From: Roseibacillus sp.
GTDB taxonomy: Bacteria > Verrucomicrobiota > Verrucomicrobiia > Verrucomicrobiales > Akkermansiaceae
Reading direction: 5' to 3'
DNA: 64,000 bases
Assembly (NCBI GenBank): GCA_965242925.1
Contig: CBDEUM010000022.1
Span: 160,001 to 224,000 of the forward strand
Below the pieces are notes generated by a model. That model made no database searches. It saw only the letters and a program-made list of their open reading frames with translations, and had not been told where the DNA came from. Shown here in pieces: positions 10,301-19,104 of this stretch; within the stretch, counting starts at the first letter, position 1, and each line of letters opens with the position of its first letter. Made by a program: the position numbers and the translations under genes.

Positions 10301-10502
10301 AGTATCCGGGAACCCTCACTTCGAGTTCGGTCTCCTCAAGGTTGCTCCTGCGAACTTCCACCGTGACGGGCGTCCCTTCGGGATAATTGCGCTCGAGAGG
10401 GACCCAGTCCCACTTGGAATCGCCGGGGACGTCCTGCCCCTGCGCGAAACCCATGAACGAAACCCAGGCAACGACACCAGCCAGTAACAGTCTTGTTTTC
10501 AT
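7395..10502 (-). CDS. secreted gingipain-like C25 cysteine peptidase with cadherin-like and DxDxDG repeats
   Basis: signal peptide; YLIVTP, YVLLVGD, VGRL, YRGHG (His), SIAC (Cys), ILLGDPEM; cadherin-like DHE..YNVRVR; DADGDG repeats. Confidence 0.85.
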   Translation of the reverse strand: MKTRLLLAGVVAWVSFMGFAQGQDVPGDSKWDWVPLERNYPEGTPVTVEVRRSNLEETELEVRVPGYWMRTINYGGNPHTQIRFPDPVLFGEGFPRLQALEALRNGNGLQVLLGEGGLLAEREPFLKEDDSNWFDFPDGQNASPLSPAKYMQSMRIGVKRGAFPEKLIDQQLGDLTAREMIELGIDPAGARPGIPHLRGLIATSLGSKPGENFRVQVLNHKKIDVTLEHPLVPAGFSGSDEGEHFGGYDAPELRDRDFYQNNVEIYNGNVPPLGKVQRIGGTFGGSQFNVPLCEVGRPTELRIPSVMEWRIVHRMPFVRKYECIPWDQWISKPSFANGLSLRLRLEAVLTPILPIRSARYLIVTPREFEDELQEFADWKRDKGLSVKFVFVGNNLGDDVESDRDDIDQYLENYYHRNFCHGVYVLLVGDVDRIPGGRSNKVVASPDGNNGDSDHVYEAIGDDDFASLYVGRLSVDDADDLTVQLNKILAYERDPAIGGWPTRVTLAANSQNDNGAYGVDPQFPSKYAAAVNAIADYANYTDPPAFTVRHAGAADAGTPRATNEEVIDDIGAGRGMVLYRGHGSSTDWVSGWDGTSTMGDSFGSTEINQLDNERIFPIVYSIACQNNRINQDDCAGENWMSRAGGGSVAYYSASVNSYTDENHERAKGIFKAIYENGITRLGPALAEAEVISSSTYGLDSAWENNTFCYILLGDPEMTIRRKAVWPSWFPEIVVRPRLGRAHVTVLDELKNPLPGLRVNVVLTNRTILNGLTDDNGEIDLEVDPSQIARYVVVDDDEGRVRVMDSGTAAGTAVSLSDSLIPEGNNPGFRVGGISTVVGGEEVEATYSLVRGAGANDNGHFQVEGGSLIFTSHADHESRSAYNVRVRSSHAGGWSEEAFIVQIIDDRSEDADGDGLTELDEEEIHGTSDAESDSDGDGLEDGVEVSLADLGFNPALDDTVRIASLEASTGFFTRKSIVEADSGDLIIEKQQDGHFKLQFQLQEFDEISKRWLDFGERHEWIYQGGEDRHFFRIRVHK

Positions 10503-10538
10503 CGTAGTAATAATTTGGTTGTTGGTCTTTTGTTCCGG

Positions 10539-12563
10539 CTAGTGGGATCTGGTTGCCAGGGATGGAGAAAGGGAGATCATCAGACAGGGCATGTTGGCGA
10601 CGAAGTCGAGATCGGCTGCCCGGCGGGTGAGATCGTCAAAGACGCGGGGAACACCACTCACGGGGTCGGACAGGGCTGTCCCTGTTCCGGTAAGGAAACG
10701 GGAAAGGTGGGACTCAATCCCGACATTGCGCTCGGCGATGTGAACGAAGCTCGGGGTCCCGCTGGATAATGGCCCGATCGGCGGAAGATGTGTCCCAGCC
10801 TCCCCTCCATGACATCCGTTGCAGGTATTGAGGGAGAAACAGTGACGGGCGTCATTGTTCAGGATCCCGCCTGTATTCCAGAAGAAATCGGGGACCAGAA
10901 CACCGGATTTTCCCGAAAGAAAGGGTGTGGCTCCCGGGAAGGAAAGCGGGACGGTATGGGAGCCCGCCAGGATATCAGCCTCATAGGTGTTGATGTAGTT
11001 GGCCAGGTCCACCGTGCCCATTTTCGAGTCAGCAGGCGTCTGCTTGGTCGTGACTGCGGTGAGGTCGTTGGGAGCCACCCCGGCCCCCGTGATCTGCCAC
11101 TCGCGCAGGGTCCAGGGTCCCGGTCCGATGAAGTTGTTCGAACGAATCTGGTTAATTGCGCTCCCATTGGGTTTGGAAGGATTGGAATTCGCAAGGGCCA
11201 CGACGTCGGTGAGGGTCTCGAGTTCGGTATTGTAGACCCCTCCGAAGGGCAGGACGCCCAGTTGATGCCACCGGTTGGCCCAATCCTTGATCTGGGGACA
11301 GGTTCCCAGAGGAACCCCATATTCAAAGATGACGGTCATCGGCAGATGTGCTCCCGTGTCCAGGTTGTAGGCACAGAACACGAAGCGGCATTCTCCGGCA
11401 TCACCAGCTGCGTAGCCGGAGGCACTGCGCAGGTCGACCCGGTTCACGATGGCGGTGAGACGGAAGGGAGCGTTCTTCAGGTCCAGCGGATCGAGGCCCT
11501 CCGCCAGATTCCGAGTCTCCCATTTGTTGATGATCTGCGCTTGAACGGCCCCTCCGCGATCCGGCACGGGGTCGAAGTTGATCACCTGCAAGGCTTCGAA
11601 ATGCTGGATCCAGCGGCGGGCGAAGACCTTGGGGTCCAGACCGGTGAGGGAGGAGTTGCACATTTCCTCCATGAGGAAACCGAAGGTCCACTTCCGTGGA
11701 CGACCTGTTGCCGGATCAAGGTAGGAGATCGCCCCCGGGCTGAAGAGGTCGAAGGTGCGGTCCGGATCTTCGACCACCGAGAGATCGGTGATCATGAGGG
11801 ACTTCTTCGGATCAACGGCTGCCGCAGATCCAAGGATGGGGCCACCCGAACAGGAGAGAGGCTGAATTTCCCTGTTGTTGAGGAAAGGGAACAGATCAAA
11901 GTTGTCTCCGAGGGATTCCGGGTCCGGAACGGGGAGGTGGCCAGTCAACTGGCGATCCATGTAAACGGGGACGGTGCCATCACCCAGGTTCCGGAGACGA
12001 TTCAGCGAGCCCTTGAGCTCGGCGCTGAATCTGTCGACAATTCCGGCTCGAAGTGAGGCAGTGAAGCTGCCGGGAACCCGGCCGGGCTGGAAAGTCACCG
12101 GTCCCTCATTGAGAAAGAGGGGGAATCCTTCAGTGAAAAATTCCTTGTTCCGGACTGCGGTGTGCTCCGGAGGGAACTGAAGGGTGAGAAGGTTCCCCTG
12201 GAGGTTGAGAGAGGAGGGCCGGATGTCGTCCGGATTGGGGACGGATCCCTCCTCCACAATCGGTCGAACGGCTGAGCCAAACTCCTGGCCACCAATCTGA
12301 ACCCTGGCCCGGAACAGTTTGGTGGGAACGTCCATGGGGATCTCAAGCTCTATGATCCGCTGGTTTTCAGTGGTTACCGCTTCGGTAGCGGTGGTGCCAT
12401 CGGGATTAATGCGTTCGATTTCAACCTGCGGGGCTCTGATACGGACGCGAACGGAATCGCCATGGACTTGGGTGGATTCAATCTCCTGGCCGAAGGTAAG
12501 GCTGCCCGCGAGACCGAGCAGGCAGCAGCCGAGGCGGTGAATGGGGTGGGGGTTAGGTTTCAT
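10539..12563 (-). CDS. secreted uncharacterised protein with one CxxCH motif (TCNGCH)
   Basis: signal-like N-terminus; blocks APFRLTAIVNRVDL, GECRFVF, IFEY, FSLNTCNGCH. Confidence 0.75.
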   Translation of the reverse strand: MKPNPHPIHRLGCCLLGLAGSLTFGQEIESTQVHGDSVRVRIRAPQVEIERINPDGTTATEAVTTENQRIIELEIPMDVPTKLFRARVQIGGQEFGSAVRPIVEEGSVPNPDDIRPSSLNLQGNLLTLQFPPEHTAVRNKEFFTEGFPLFLNEGPVTFQPGRVPGSFTASLRAGIVDRFSAELKGSLNRLRNLGDGTVPVYMDRQLTGHLPVPDPESLGDNFDLFPFLNNREIQPLSCSGGPILGSAAAVDPKKSLMITDLSVVEDPDRTFDLFSPGAISYLDPATGRPRKWTFGFLMEEMCNSSLTGLDPKVFARRWIQHFEALQVINFDPVPDRGGAVQAQIINKWETRNLAEGLDPLDLKNAPFRLTAIVNRVDLRSASGYAAGDAGECRFVFCAYNLDTGAHLPMTVIFEYGVPLGTCPQIKDWANRWHQLGVLPFGGVYNTELETLTDVVALANSNPSKPNGSAINQIRSNNFIGPGPWTLREWQITGAGVAPNDLTAVTTKQTPADSKMGTVDLANYINTYEADILAGSHTVPLSFPGATPFLSGKSGVLVPDFFWNTGGILNNDARHCFSLNTCNGCHGGEAGTHLPPIGPLSSGTPSFVHIAERNVGIESHLSRFLTGTGTALSDPVSGVPRVFDDLTRRAADLDFVANMPCLMISLSPSLATRSH

Positions 12564-12582
12564 TTGTCTGGTGGTGGGGGGT

Positions 12583-13428
12583 TCAGGTTCCGTTGTTCAG
12601 TGCTTGTCTGTGCGGGGAAAGAAACGGCTGGAGCCAGGGATGGAGCGACGAAGCGTCAAGCGAGAGCCCCAGTTCCCCAAAGGAGCCGTTGAGCCGGTGG
12701 TCATGGTCGGAGGGGCCTCGATGGCGTCCAAGGTTCAGGCTGGCGATGCGGACCCTGCCGTCGGAATCGAGGACAAGACCGGGTCCACCGGAATCTCCTG
12801 CGGCAAAATGTGCTTCATTCTTATCCGGATCGAAACGATGGATCAGGATCGGCCCGTAGTCTTGAGGGAGGCCAAGACTGAACAGCAGCTCCGGTGTTGG
12901 CCTCTGGTCAAAGAAGTTCCGCCCAAGGGTCAGGGTTCCGGGAGGCTGGTAGTCTCCCAGCAAGCCGTTGCCTCGATGGCCGTAACCGGCAAGGTGAACC
13001 ATGAGATCTTTCCCCGCGGGTTTTGTCGTGGGTGGAACTCCAGCGATGACGTCCGGGGAAATCGGGCTGTCGAGCTCGATGAGAGCGGCATCCCAGATTC
13101 GCGAGAGCCGGTGGTCGGCGGCCTTGGGATGAAGGTATACTGATTTCCACCGGCAACGGGGTTTTTCTGCGCAGGATGGGAATTCGATGAGGCCGTATGA
13201 AATGCGGTCCTCCGGAACAGGGGAAACGACGTGAGCGGCAGTGAGGACGTAGCGCCCACCAGGCAGAAGAGTGCCGGAGGCGGTGAGACCGAACGGGGTA
13301 TGAATCCGGGCTACCGCCGCCGTTGGAGGGAGGTGGGAAGCGTCCTCCGGGGAGGGGCCATCAATGACGATAGCCCCCGCGGGCCCGAGACTCAGGAGGA
13401 TGAGAAAAGCGATTTGACCGTACCGCAT
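12583..13428 (-). CDS. secreted trypsin-like (S1) serine protease
   Basis: triad motifs VLTAAH, DAALIEL, GDSGGP; signal peptide. Confidence 0.85.
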   Translation of the reverse strand: MRYGQIAFLILLSLGPAGAIVIDGPSPEDASHLPPTAAVARIHTPFGLTASGTLLPGGRYVLTAAHVVSPVPEDRISYGLIEFPSCAEKPRCRWKSVYLHPKAADHRLSRIWDAALIELDSPISPDVIAGVPPTTKPAGKDLMVHLAGYGHRGNGLLGDYQPPGTLTLGRNFFDQRPTPELLFSLGLPQDYGPILIHRFDPDKNEAHFAAGDSGGPGLVLDSDGRVRIASLNLGRHRGPSDHDHRLNGSFGELGLSLDASSLHPWLQPFLSPHRQALNNGT

Positions 13429-13611
13429 TGGGATTCCAACCGGGGGGCCAGGAAGCGATTCCCATTTTTCTGGAAGAAAATTTCAGCTCCGGTCGAAATA
13501 GACATCGAAACGAGAAGATGATCGGCAGAGATCTGCGGAAGGACACCTGTTTCCACCGGCGGGAATCTTCCCGTATCCGGGACGGACTGCCGCCCACTGC
13601 AACAACCACGG

Positions 13612-15219
13612 TCAAGCCGTCACGGCCCCCTTCTCGTCATCCAGTAACCCCGATTTTTCCAGGTAGTAATCGTATCCCCCGCTATATTTGGTCACTTCCC
13701 CGCCGGAGATGTGCCAGGTCGACTCCGCCAGCTTGCGGATGAAGTGAACATCGTGGGAAATGAAAACGAGTGATCCTTCAAACTGTTTGAGGGCCTCGAT
13801 GAGTGCCTCCACCGAAAGGAGATCGAGGTGGGTGGTGGGCTCATCCATGAGAAGCAGGTTGGGTGGATCGACCAGGAACTTCACCAGGTTGAGCCGACTC
13901 TTCTCTCCGCCTGAAAGCACCTTGACCTTCTTGTGCACATCGTCCCGGCGGAACAGGAAGGATCCCAGCAGTCCCCGCGCGTCCTCTTCCCGCATTCCTG
14001 CGCCAGTGGTACAGACCTCCTCCAGCACCGTCTTGCTCTCGTCCAGCAACTCGGAGCGATGCTGCGAATAGTACCCGAGTTTGGTGGCATATCCCACCGC
14101 TCGCTTTCCGCCATCGATTGGCACCATCCCGGTCAGGATCTTGAGAAGAGTCGACTTGCCCGCTCCATTGGGCCCCACCAGGACGATACGGTCGCCCCGC
14201 TCCACCACCAGATCGAGCCTCTCATAGATACGCGTCTCACCATAGGCCTGGCTGACACCCTCGAGTTCGATCACCTTCTGGTTACTGCGGGGCGGCTTGG
14301 GGAAGTGAAACTTGAAGACCTTGCGAGGCGCTCTCGGCTTCTCCAGCGTCTTCATCTTCTCCAATTGCTTCACACGGCTCTGCACCTGCGACGCCTTGGA
14401 TGATACCGAGCGAAACCGGTCAATGAACTCCTGGATCCGGTCGATCTCCTTTTTCTGGTTGCGCCAGGCGGAGAGTTTCTGCTCATGACGTGTTTCGCGC
14501 TCGGCCAGGTAATTGGTATAGTCCCCCCGGTATGGGATGAGCTTCTGCTCATCGATCTCAACCACGGTCTCCACGATGGCATCCACGAAGTGGCGGTCGT
14601 GCGAGATCATCAGGATGGCGCCGGGATAGGCGCTGAGGTAGCGCTGGAACCAGAGCAGGGCGAGCAGGTCAAGGTGGTTGGTGGGCTCGTCCAGCATGAG
14701 AAGGTCCGGCTCGAGGCAGAGGATCTGCGCCAGGTGGGCCCGCATGACCCAGCCGCCCGACATCTCGCTGGCTGGCCGGTCGAAATCCTCCTGCCGGAAA
14801 CCCAATCCTGCCAGGATCTTGCGCCCCTTCGGTTCGAGTTGGAACCCGTTCATGAGGGTGAACTTGTCCTGGGCTTCGGCGTATTCCTCCGAATCGAGAG
14901 TGTCTGCCGCCTCGTGCTCGCGCATGACCCGCTGCACTTCCCGCATCTCGGGCGTAATGGCGGTCGCGATCTGAAGGACGGTGTCTTCGCCCGGATCACC
15001 GGCCTCCTGGGAAAGATAGCCGACGTGGGCATACTCATCGCGTTCCACTTTCCCGGCACTGGCCACCTCATTGCCGAGGATGATCTGGAAAAGGGTCGAT
15101 TTGCCCGCCCCGTTGGGGCCGACCAACGCAACGCGCTCACCCCAGTTGATGGTCAGATCAGCCTCCTCGAAGAGCGTCCGCCCACCGTAGGCCATGGTCA
15201 GCTTGCGTATGGTCAGCAT
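13612..15219 (-). CDS. ABC-F family ATPase
   Basis: two ABC domains (GPNGAGKST x2, SGG, DEPT), interdomain linker, no TM segments. Confidence 0.95.
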   Translation of the reverse strand: MLTIRKLTMAYGGRTLFEEADLTINWGERVALVGPNGAGKSTLFQIILGNEVASAGKVERDEYAHVGYLSQEAGDPGEDTVLQIATAITPEMREVQRVMREHEAADTLDSEEYAEAQDKFTLMNGFQLEPKGRKILAGLGFRQEDFDRPASEMSGGWVMRAHLAQILCLEPDLLMLDEPTNHLDLLALLWFQRYLSAYPGAILMISHDRHFVDAIVETVVEIDEQKLIPYRGDYTNYLAERETRHEQKLSAWRNQKKEIDRIQEFIDRFRSVSSKASQVQSRVKQLEKMKTLEKPRAPRKVFKFHFPKPPRSNQKVIELEGVSQAYGETRIYERLDLVVERGDRIVLVGPNGAGKSTLLKILTGMVPIDGGKRAVGYATKLGYYSQHRSELLDESKTVLEEVCTTGAGMREEDARGLLGSFLFRRDDVHKKVKVLSGGEKSRLNLVKFLVDPPNLLLMDEPTTHLDLLSVEALIEALKQFEGSLVFISHDVHFIRKLAESTWHISGGEVTKYSGGYDYYLEKSGLLDDEKGAVTA

Positions 15220-15305
15220 GTGCGCGGGGCCATCGCATCGAATCCCCGAAAATGCAACGGAGAACGGAAGAAGAAACTCCAGCGGGACTACTCCGTTCCC
15301 TGACC

Positions 15306-15920
15306 TTACTTCTTCTTCGCGATCTCCTTCACCGCAAGGTTGCGGAAATCGATCGACATCACCTTGTTGCCGTGGAGTTGCAGACCGAGTGGGCCCTTCG
15401 CCTTGGCTTTATCCGAGGTGTAAGTCATCACGTGCACCCCGTTGAGCCAGACATCGTACTTCGGCCCCACCGCCACGATCCGCATCCTGTTCCACTCGTC
15501 GATCTTGAGGAGGTTCTTTACTCCCTTGACCCCCTTCTTCTCCTCCGCCTCCACCGGATATCCCTTGCCTGAGATGTAGGGGGAGGCCGTCATGTCGCGC
15601 TTGAGCGATCCGGAGATCCCGATCTGGATCTGCTGGCCACCATCCCTCAGGAACACTCCCGAGTCGCCCTTGCCGTCAAAGCGGAATTCACAACTCATGT
15701 CGAAGTCGGTGTATTCCTTTTCGGTCCACAGGTTGCTCCCGCGCTTCCTGGGACCGCTCTTGGCCACAATCATCCCATCGGTCACCGACCACCAGATGTT
15801 GTCCCCGGGAATTTTCCACCCCGTGAGGTCCTTCCCGTTGAAAAGAGGCGTTCCCTTCTCGTGATGATCCCCCCAGGCGAGGGCTGGAACGGCAAGAAAA
15901 GCGAGTAATGCGAGTCTCAT
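15306..15920 (-). CDS. DUF1080 / 3-keto-disaccharide hydrolase domain protein
   Basis: signal peptide MRLALLAFLA; LFNGKDLTGW, DSGVFLR, EWNRMRI, GPLGLQLH, FRNL. Confidence 0.85.
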   Translation of the reverse strand: MRLALLAFLAVPALAWGDHHEKGTPLFNGKDLTGWKIPGDNIWWSVTDGMIVAKSGPRKRGSNLWTEKEYTDFDMSCEFRFDGKGDSGVFLRDGGQQIQIGISGSLKRDMTASPYISGKGYPVEAEEKKGVKGVKNLLKIDEWNRMRIVAVGPKYDVWLNGVHVMTYTSDKAKAKGPLGLQLHGNKVMSIDFRNLAVKEIAKKK

Positions 15921-15969
15921 GACCCCCTTTCTACCCGATCGCGCCGCGATGTCCACCCGGCAGGAAATC

Positions 15970-17544
15970 CTACTGTTCCCGCTGCAGGAAGAGATCGATG
16001 CCCTCGGTGAGAGCGATCCAGCTGGCCTCGATGATACTGTCGGAAACCCCAACCGTCCCCCAACTGCGCTCTCCATCGGTGTGCACGATCTGAACCCGGG
16101 TCTTGGCTGCGGTGGCGGCGTGTCCATCCACAATCCGCACCTTGTAATCGATGAGGGAGACCCCCTCGATGGCAGGGAAGTGCGGCATGAGCGCCTGGCG
16201 CAGGGCCTTGTCCAGGGCATTGACCACCCCATGGCCTTCCGCCGCGGTGTGCTCCGGCACGCCCCCCACTTCCATCTTCACGGCGGCCTCGCAAACCGGG
16301 TTGTGTCCATCCCGGTACTGGCGGAAACTGCAGTGATACTCGCGCAGGGCCCAGCGTTTCTCGTGCTTCCCGATCTCGCGACGGATGAGCAGCTCCAGTG
16401 AACCACCCGCCGCCTCGTAGGAATATCCCTCCTTCTCCTGCTCCTTGACCTTGACCAGCACCGCCTTCGCTTCCGCACTGCCCTTTTCCAGCGGCAGACC
16501 GATCTCCTGGGCCTTCATCAGGATGTTCGATTGCCCGGAGAGCTCACTGACCAGGATGATCTGGGCGTTTCCCACCTCCTCGGGGCGGATGTGCTCATAA
16601 CTGTGCGCCACCTTCTGCACCGCATTCACGTGCATCCCCCCCTTGTGGGAAAAAGCGGTGCGTCCCACGAAGGGTGCGCGGTGATAGGGAGAATTGTTGG
16701 AGACCTCGTCTACAAAGCAGGAGAGCTCCTTCAACTTGGTCAGATCGTCCACCACTTCAATCCCGCGCTTGAGCTGCAGGATCGGAATGAGGGAGGTCAT
16801 GTTGCAGTTCCCGGTGCGCTCGCCATAGCCGTTGATTGTTCCCTGCACCTGCACGGCCCCGACACCCACTGCTGAGATGGCATTGGCGATGCCCACTCCG
16901 GAATCGTCGTGGGTGTGAATACCAAAGGGCACACCCGGCACCCGATCCTTCACCACCGTGCAAATCGCCTCGACCTCGTCGGGCATGGTCCCGCCATTGG
17001 TATCGCACAGCACAAGGCATTCCGCTCCTCCCTCAGCGGCGGCCTCCAGGGTCTGCAGGGCGTGCTCACTGTCGTCCTTGTAGCCGTCGAAGAAATGCTC
17101 GGCGTCATAGATCACTTCCCTGTTCGCTTCCTTCAGGTAGCGAACGGTGTCGCGGATCATGTCAAAATTCTCCTCGGGAGTCGTCTTGATCACCTCCGTC
17201 ACGTGGAGCTTCCAGCTCTTCCCGAAAATCGTGATCACCGGTGTGGCGGCATCGATAAGGAGCTTCACCTGGGGATCATCCTCCACCGCCCGGTCATGGC
17301 GGCGGGTAGAGCCGAAGGCCGCGATGCGGGCGTGCTTCCACTCCTCCCCGGCCGCCGCCCTGAAGAATTCCACATCCTTCGGATTCGAACCCGGCCATCC
17401 CCCTTCAATGTAGTCCACCCCGAACTCATCGAGACGATGCGCAATGCGCAACTTGTCCAGACCGGACAACTGGAATCCCTCCCCCTGCGTCCCGTCACGC
17501 AAGGTCGTGTCGTAGAGGGAGACCTGTTTTCCTGCTGCGCTCAT
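15970..17544 (-). CDS. cimA: citramalate synthase (LeuA/CimA family)
   Basis: DTTLRDGTQGE, EGGWPGSNPKD, DAEHFFDG, GYGERTGN, HKGGMH, C-terminal regulatory domain. Confidence 0.92.
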   Translation of the reverse strand: MSAAGKQVSLYDTTLRDGTQGEGFQLSGLDKLRIAHRLDEFGVDYIEGGWPGSNPKDVEFFRAAAGEEWKHARIAAFGSTRRHDRAVEDDPQVKLLIDAATPVITIFGKSWKLHVTEVIKTTPEENFDMIRDTVRYLKEANREVIYDAEHFFDGYKDDSEHALQTLEAAAEGGAECLVLCDTNGGTMPDEVEAICTVVKDRVPGVPFGIHTHDDSGVGIANAISAVGVGAVQVQGTINGYGERTGNCNMTSLIPILQLKRGIEVVDDLTKLKELSCFVDEVSNNSPYHRAPFVGRTAFSHKGGMHVNAVQKVAHSYEHIRPEEVGNAQIILVSELSGQSNILMKAQEIGLPLEKGSAEAKAVLVKVKEQEKEGYSYEAAGGSLELLIRREIGKHEKRWALREYHCSFRQYRDGHNPVCEAAVKMEVGGVPEHTAAEGHGVVNALDKALRQALMPHFPAIEGVSLIDYKVRIVDGHAATAAKTRVQIVHTDGERSWGTVGVSDSIIEASWIALTEGIDLFLQREQ

Positions 17545-17629
17545 GCCCTTTCACCCGCGCTCGCGAGCGCGCGCACCTTGCCCCGGTGTCCCGCCAAACT
17601 CAATACCAAAGGCGTTTCCCCGGGCCGGC

Positions 17630-18892
17630 CTACTGCGTCCCGCCATCCACGACCAGAACCGAAAGGTAATGCCTGTCCCCGGCCTTCACTTCCTCAATGC
17701 TCCCCGACGTAGCCCTGCCGGTATTGATGGATCGTGACAACAAACCCGGCCTGGTGCCGTGGAGGACCCGGTAAGTCACCTTGCGCCCCTCGATCTCTTT
17801 CCAGTCCAGGGTCAGTTGGCCTTTCCTGGGCTGCCTGACCGAGAGATCTCCCGGGGAGAGAAGCGAAATGCTGGATCCCTGCAAGGCCTGGAGCTCGGCT
17901 GCAATGGCGGCAGAAACCTTGACCGCAGCAGTCTCCCCATCGCCGGTAATGGTGGGCCTCAACGAAGACCTGGCCCCCGAGGCATCAATGCCCGTCTCAA
18001 AGGGGAGGTAGATCCAGTTCTTCCTCGTGGGCCAGCTTATGCGGGAAGTGAGGTTTGTCTCAATCTTGACGGCTCCCGGTTGCCTGGCCGGGTCGGAATT
18101 CCCGGTTTCGAATGCAACATCATCAAGGTAGACCTCCCCGTGACCGTTGGCAACCGCCCCCGTCACGAAACGAAACTTGATCAGGGCATCGACCGCACCA
18201 TCGGGCGCAAGAAGTCCAGGCACCGAGGTTTTTTTCCAGCCCCCTGTCTTTGCCTGAAAAGGGACAAAGTTCCTGGAAGCGAGGACCTCCCCGGACTCCC
18301 CCAGCCAGTCGAGGTGATACTGCTGGATGTAGGAGGGACCGACGCTGATATTCTTGGTCCAGAACGAGAGGTCATAACGGGTGCCTCCCCTGATCTTATT
18401 CCCACCGGCACTGACGGCCTGCGCGAGCGCCCCTTCCTGGGGTGTGGATCCCTCGTTGGCCAGCTTGCAATGCATGCTGAACGACCCGCCGTGGGCTTCC
18501 TTGGTGCTCCTGACGGGCGAATGACTGGCCACCCCGGCCCAGTCATCGACGAAGGACTCGTCGCCTTCCTCAAAGCTCCCATTCGCCAGGACCGAGGAGG
18601 CCGGGACGAATCCCGGACGCATCTGCAGAACGCGGTAGCGCCGCACCACACCGGCCTCCGGGTCCAGGACCGATCGCATGGCATCATTCCCGGGTATGCG
18701 CGGGCCAAGATCCTCCCACATCTCGCTTCGGTCTCCCCCGGCATACTGGACCTGGTATTCAAATTCCCCCGAGGACTGCCAGCTGACCTCGGTACCCGAT
18801 TCAACAGAAACGGGAATCACCTCAGCGAACAAGGCGGATGCTCCGGACAATGCCTGGATGATGACAGCAATACTGGCGGAGAAAAACTTCAC
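17630..18892 (-). CDS. secreted protein with CBM4/9-like and FN3-like domains
   Basis: GTG start and signal peptide; LANGSFE...VYLDDVAF carbohydrate-binding-type module; C-terminal LTLDW..YRVLHG FN3-like pattern. Confidence 0.6.
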   Translation of the reverse strand: MKFFSASIAVIIQALSGASALFAEVIPVSVESGTEVSWQSSGEFEYQVQYAGGDRSEMWEDLGPRIPGNDAMRSVLDPEAGVVRRYRVLQMRPGFVPASSVLANGSFEEGDESFVDDWAGVASHSPVRSTKEAHGGSFSMHCKLANEGSTPQEGALAQAVSAGGNKIRGGTRYDLSFWTKNISVGPSYIQQYHLDWLGESGEVLASRNFVPFQAKTGGWKKTSVPGLLAPDGAVDALIKFRFVTGAVANGHGEVYLDDVAFETGNSDPARQPGAVKIETNLTSRISWPTRKNWIYLPFETGIDASGARSSLRPTITGDGETAAVKVSAAIAAELQALQGSSISLLSPGDLSVRQPRKGQLTLDWKEIEGRKVTYRVLHGTRPGLLSRSINTGRATSGSIEEVKAGDRHYLSVLVVDGGTQ

Positions 18893-19104
18893 GTGTGCGG
18901 ACGGTTTGTCTTATTAGCGGAGAGGGATGCCCTTGGTCAACCGTTCCGCTGGCCCAGGAACCTGCCCCCCTCCTCCAGATCCGCTTTGCCGAGCTTCCCG
19001 CCTGCCTGGATCGTGAGAGCCCAGGCACTGGAAGACAAACTCTTGCTTGAAGCTTCTCCCGACCCAAGATCCAATGCCCCCACCATCCTGAAAGAGAATC
19101 ACCA

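Noticed and set aside
13612..15219. ABC-F as an antibiotic-resistance gene
   Set aside because: Looks like a housekeeping ABC-F; no leader peptide or mobile context noticed.
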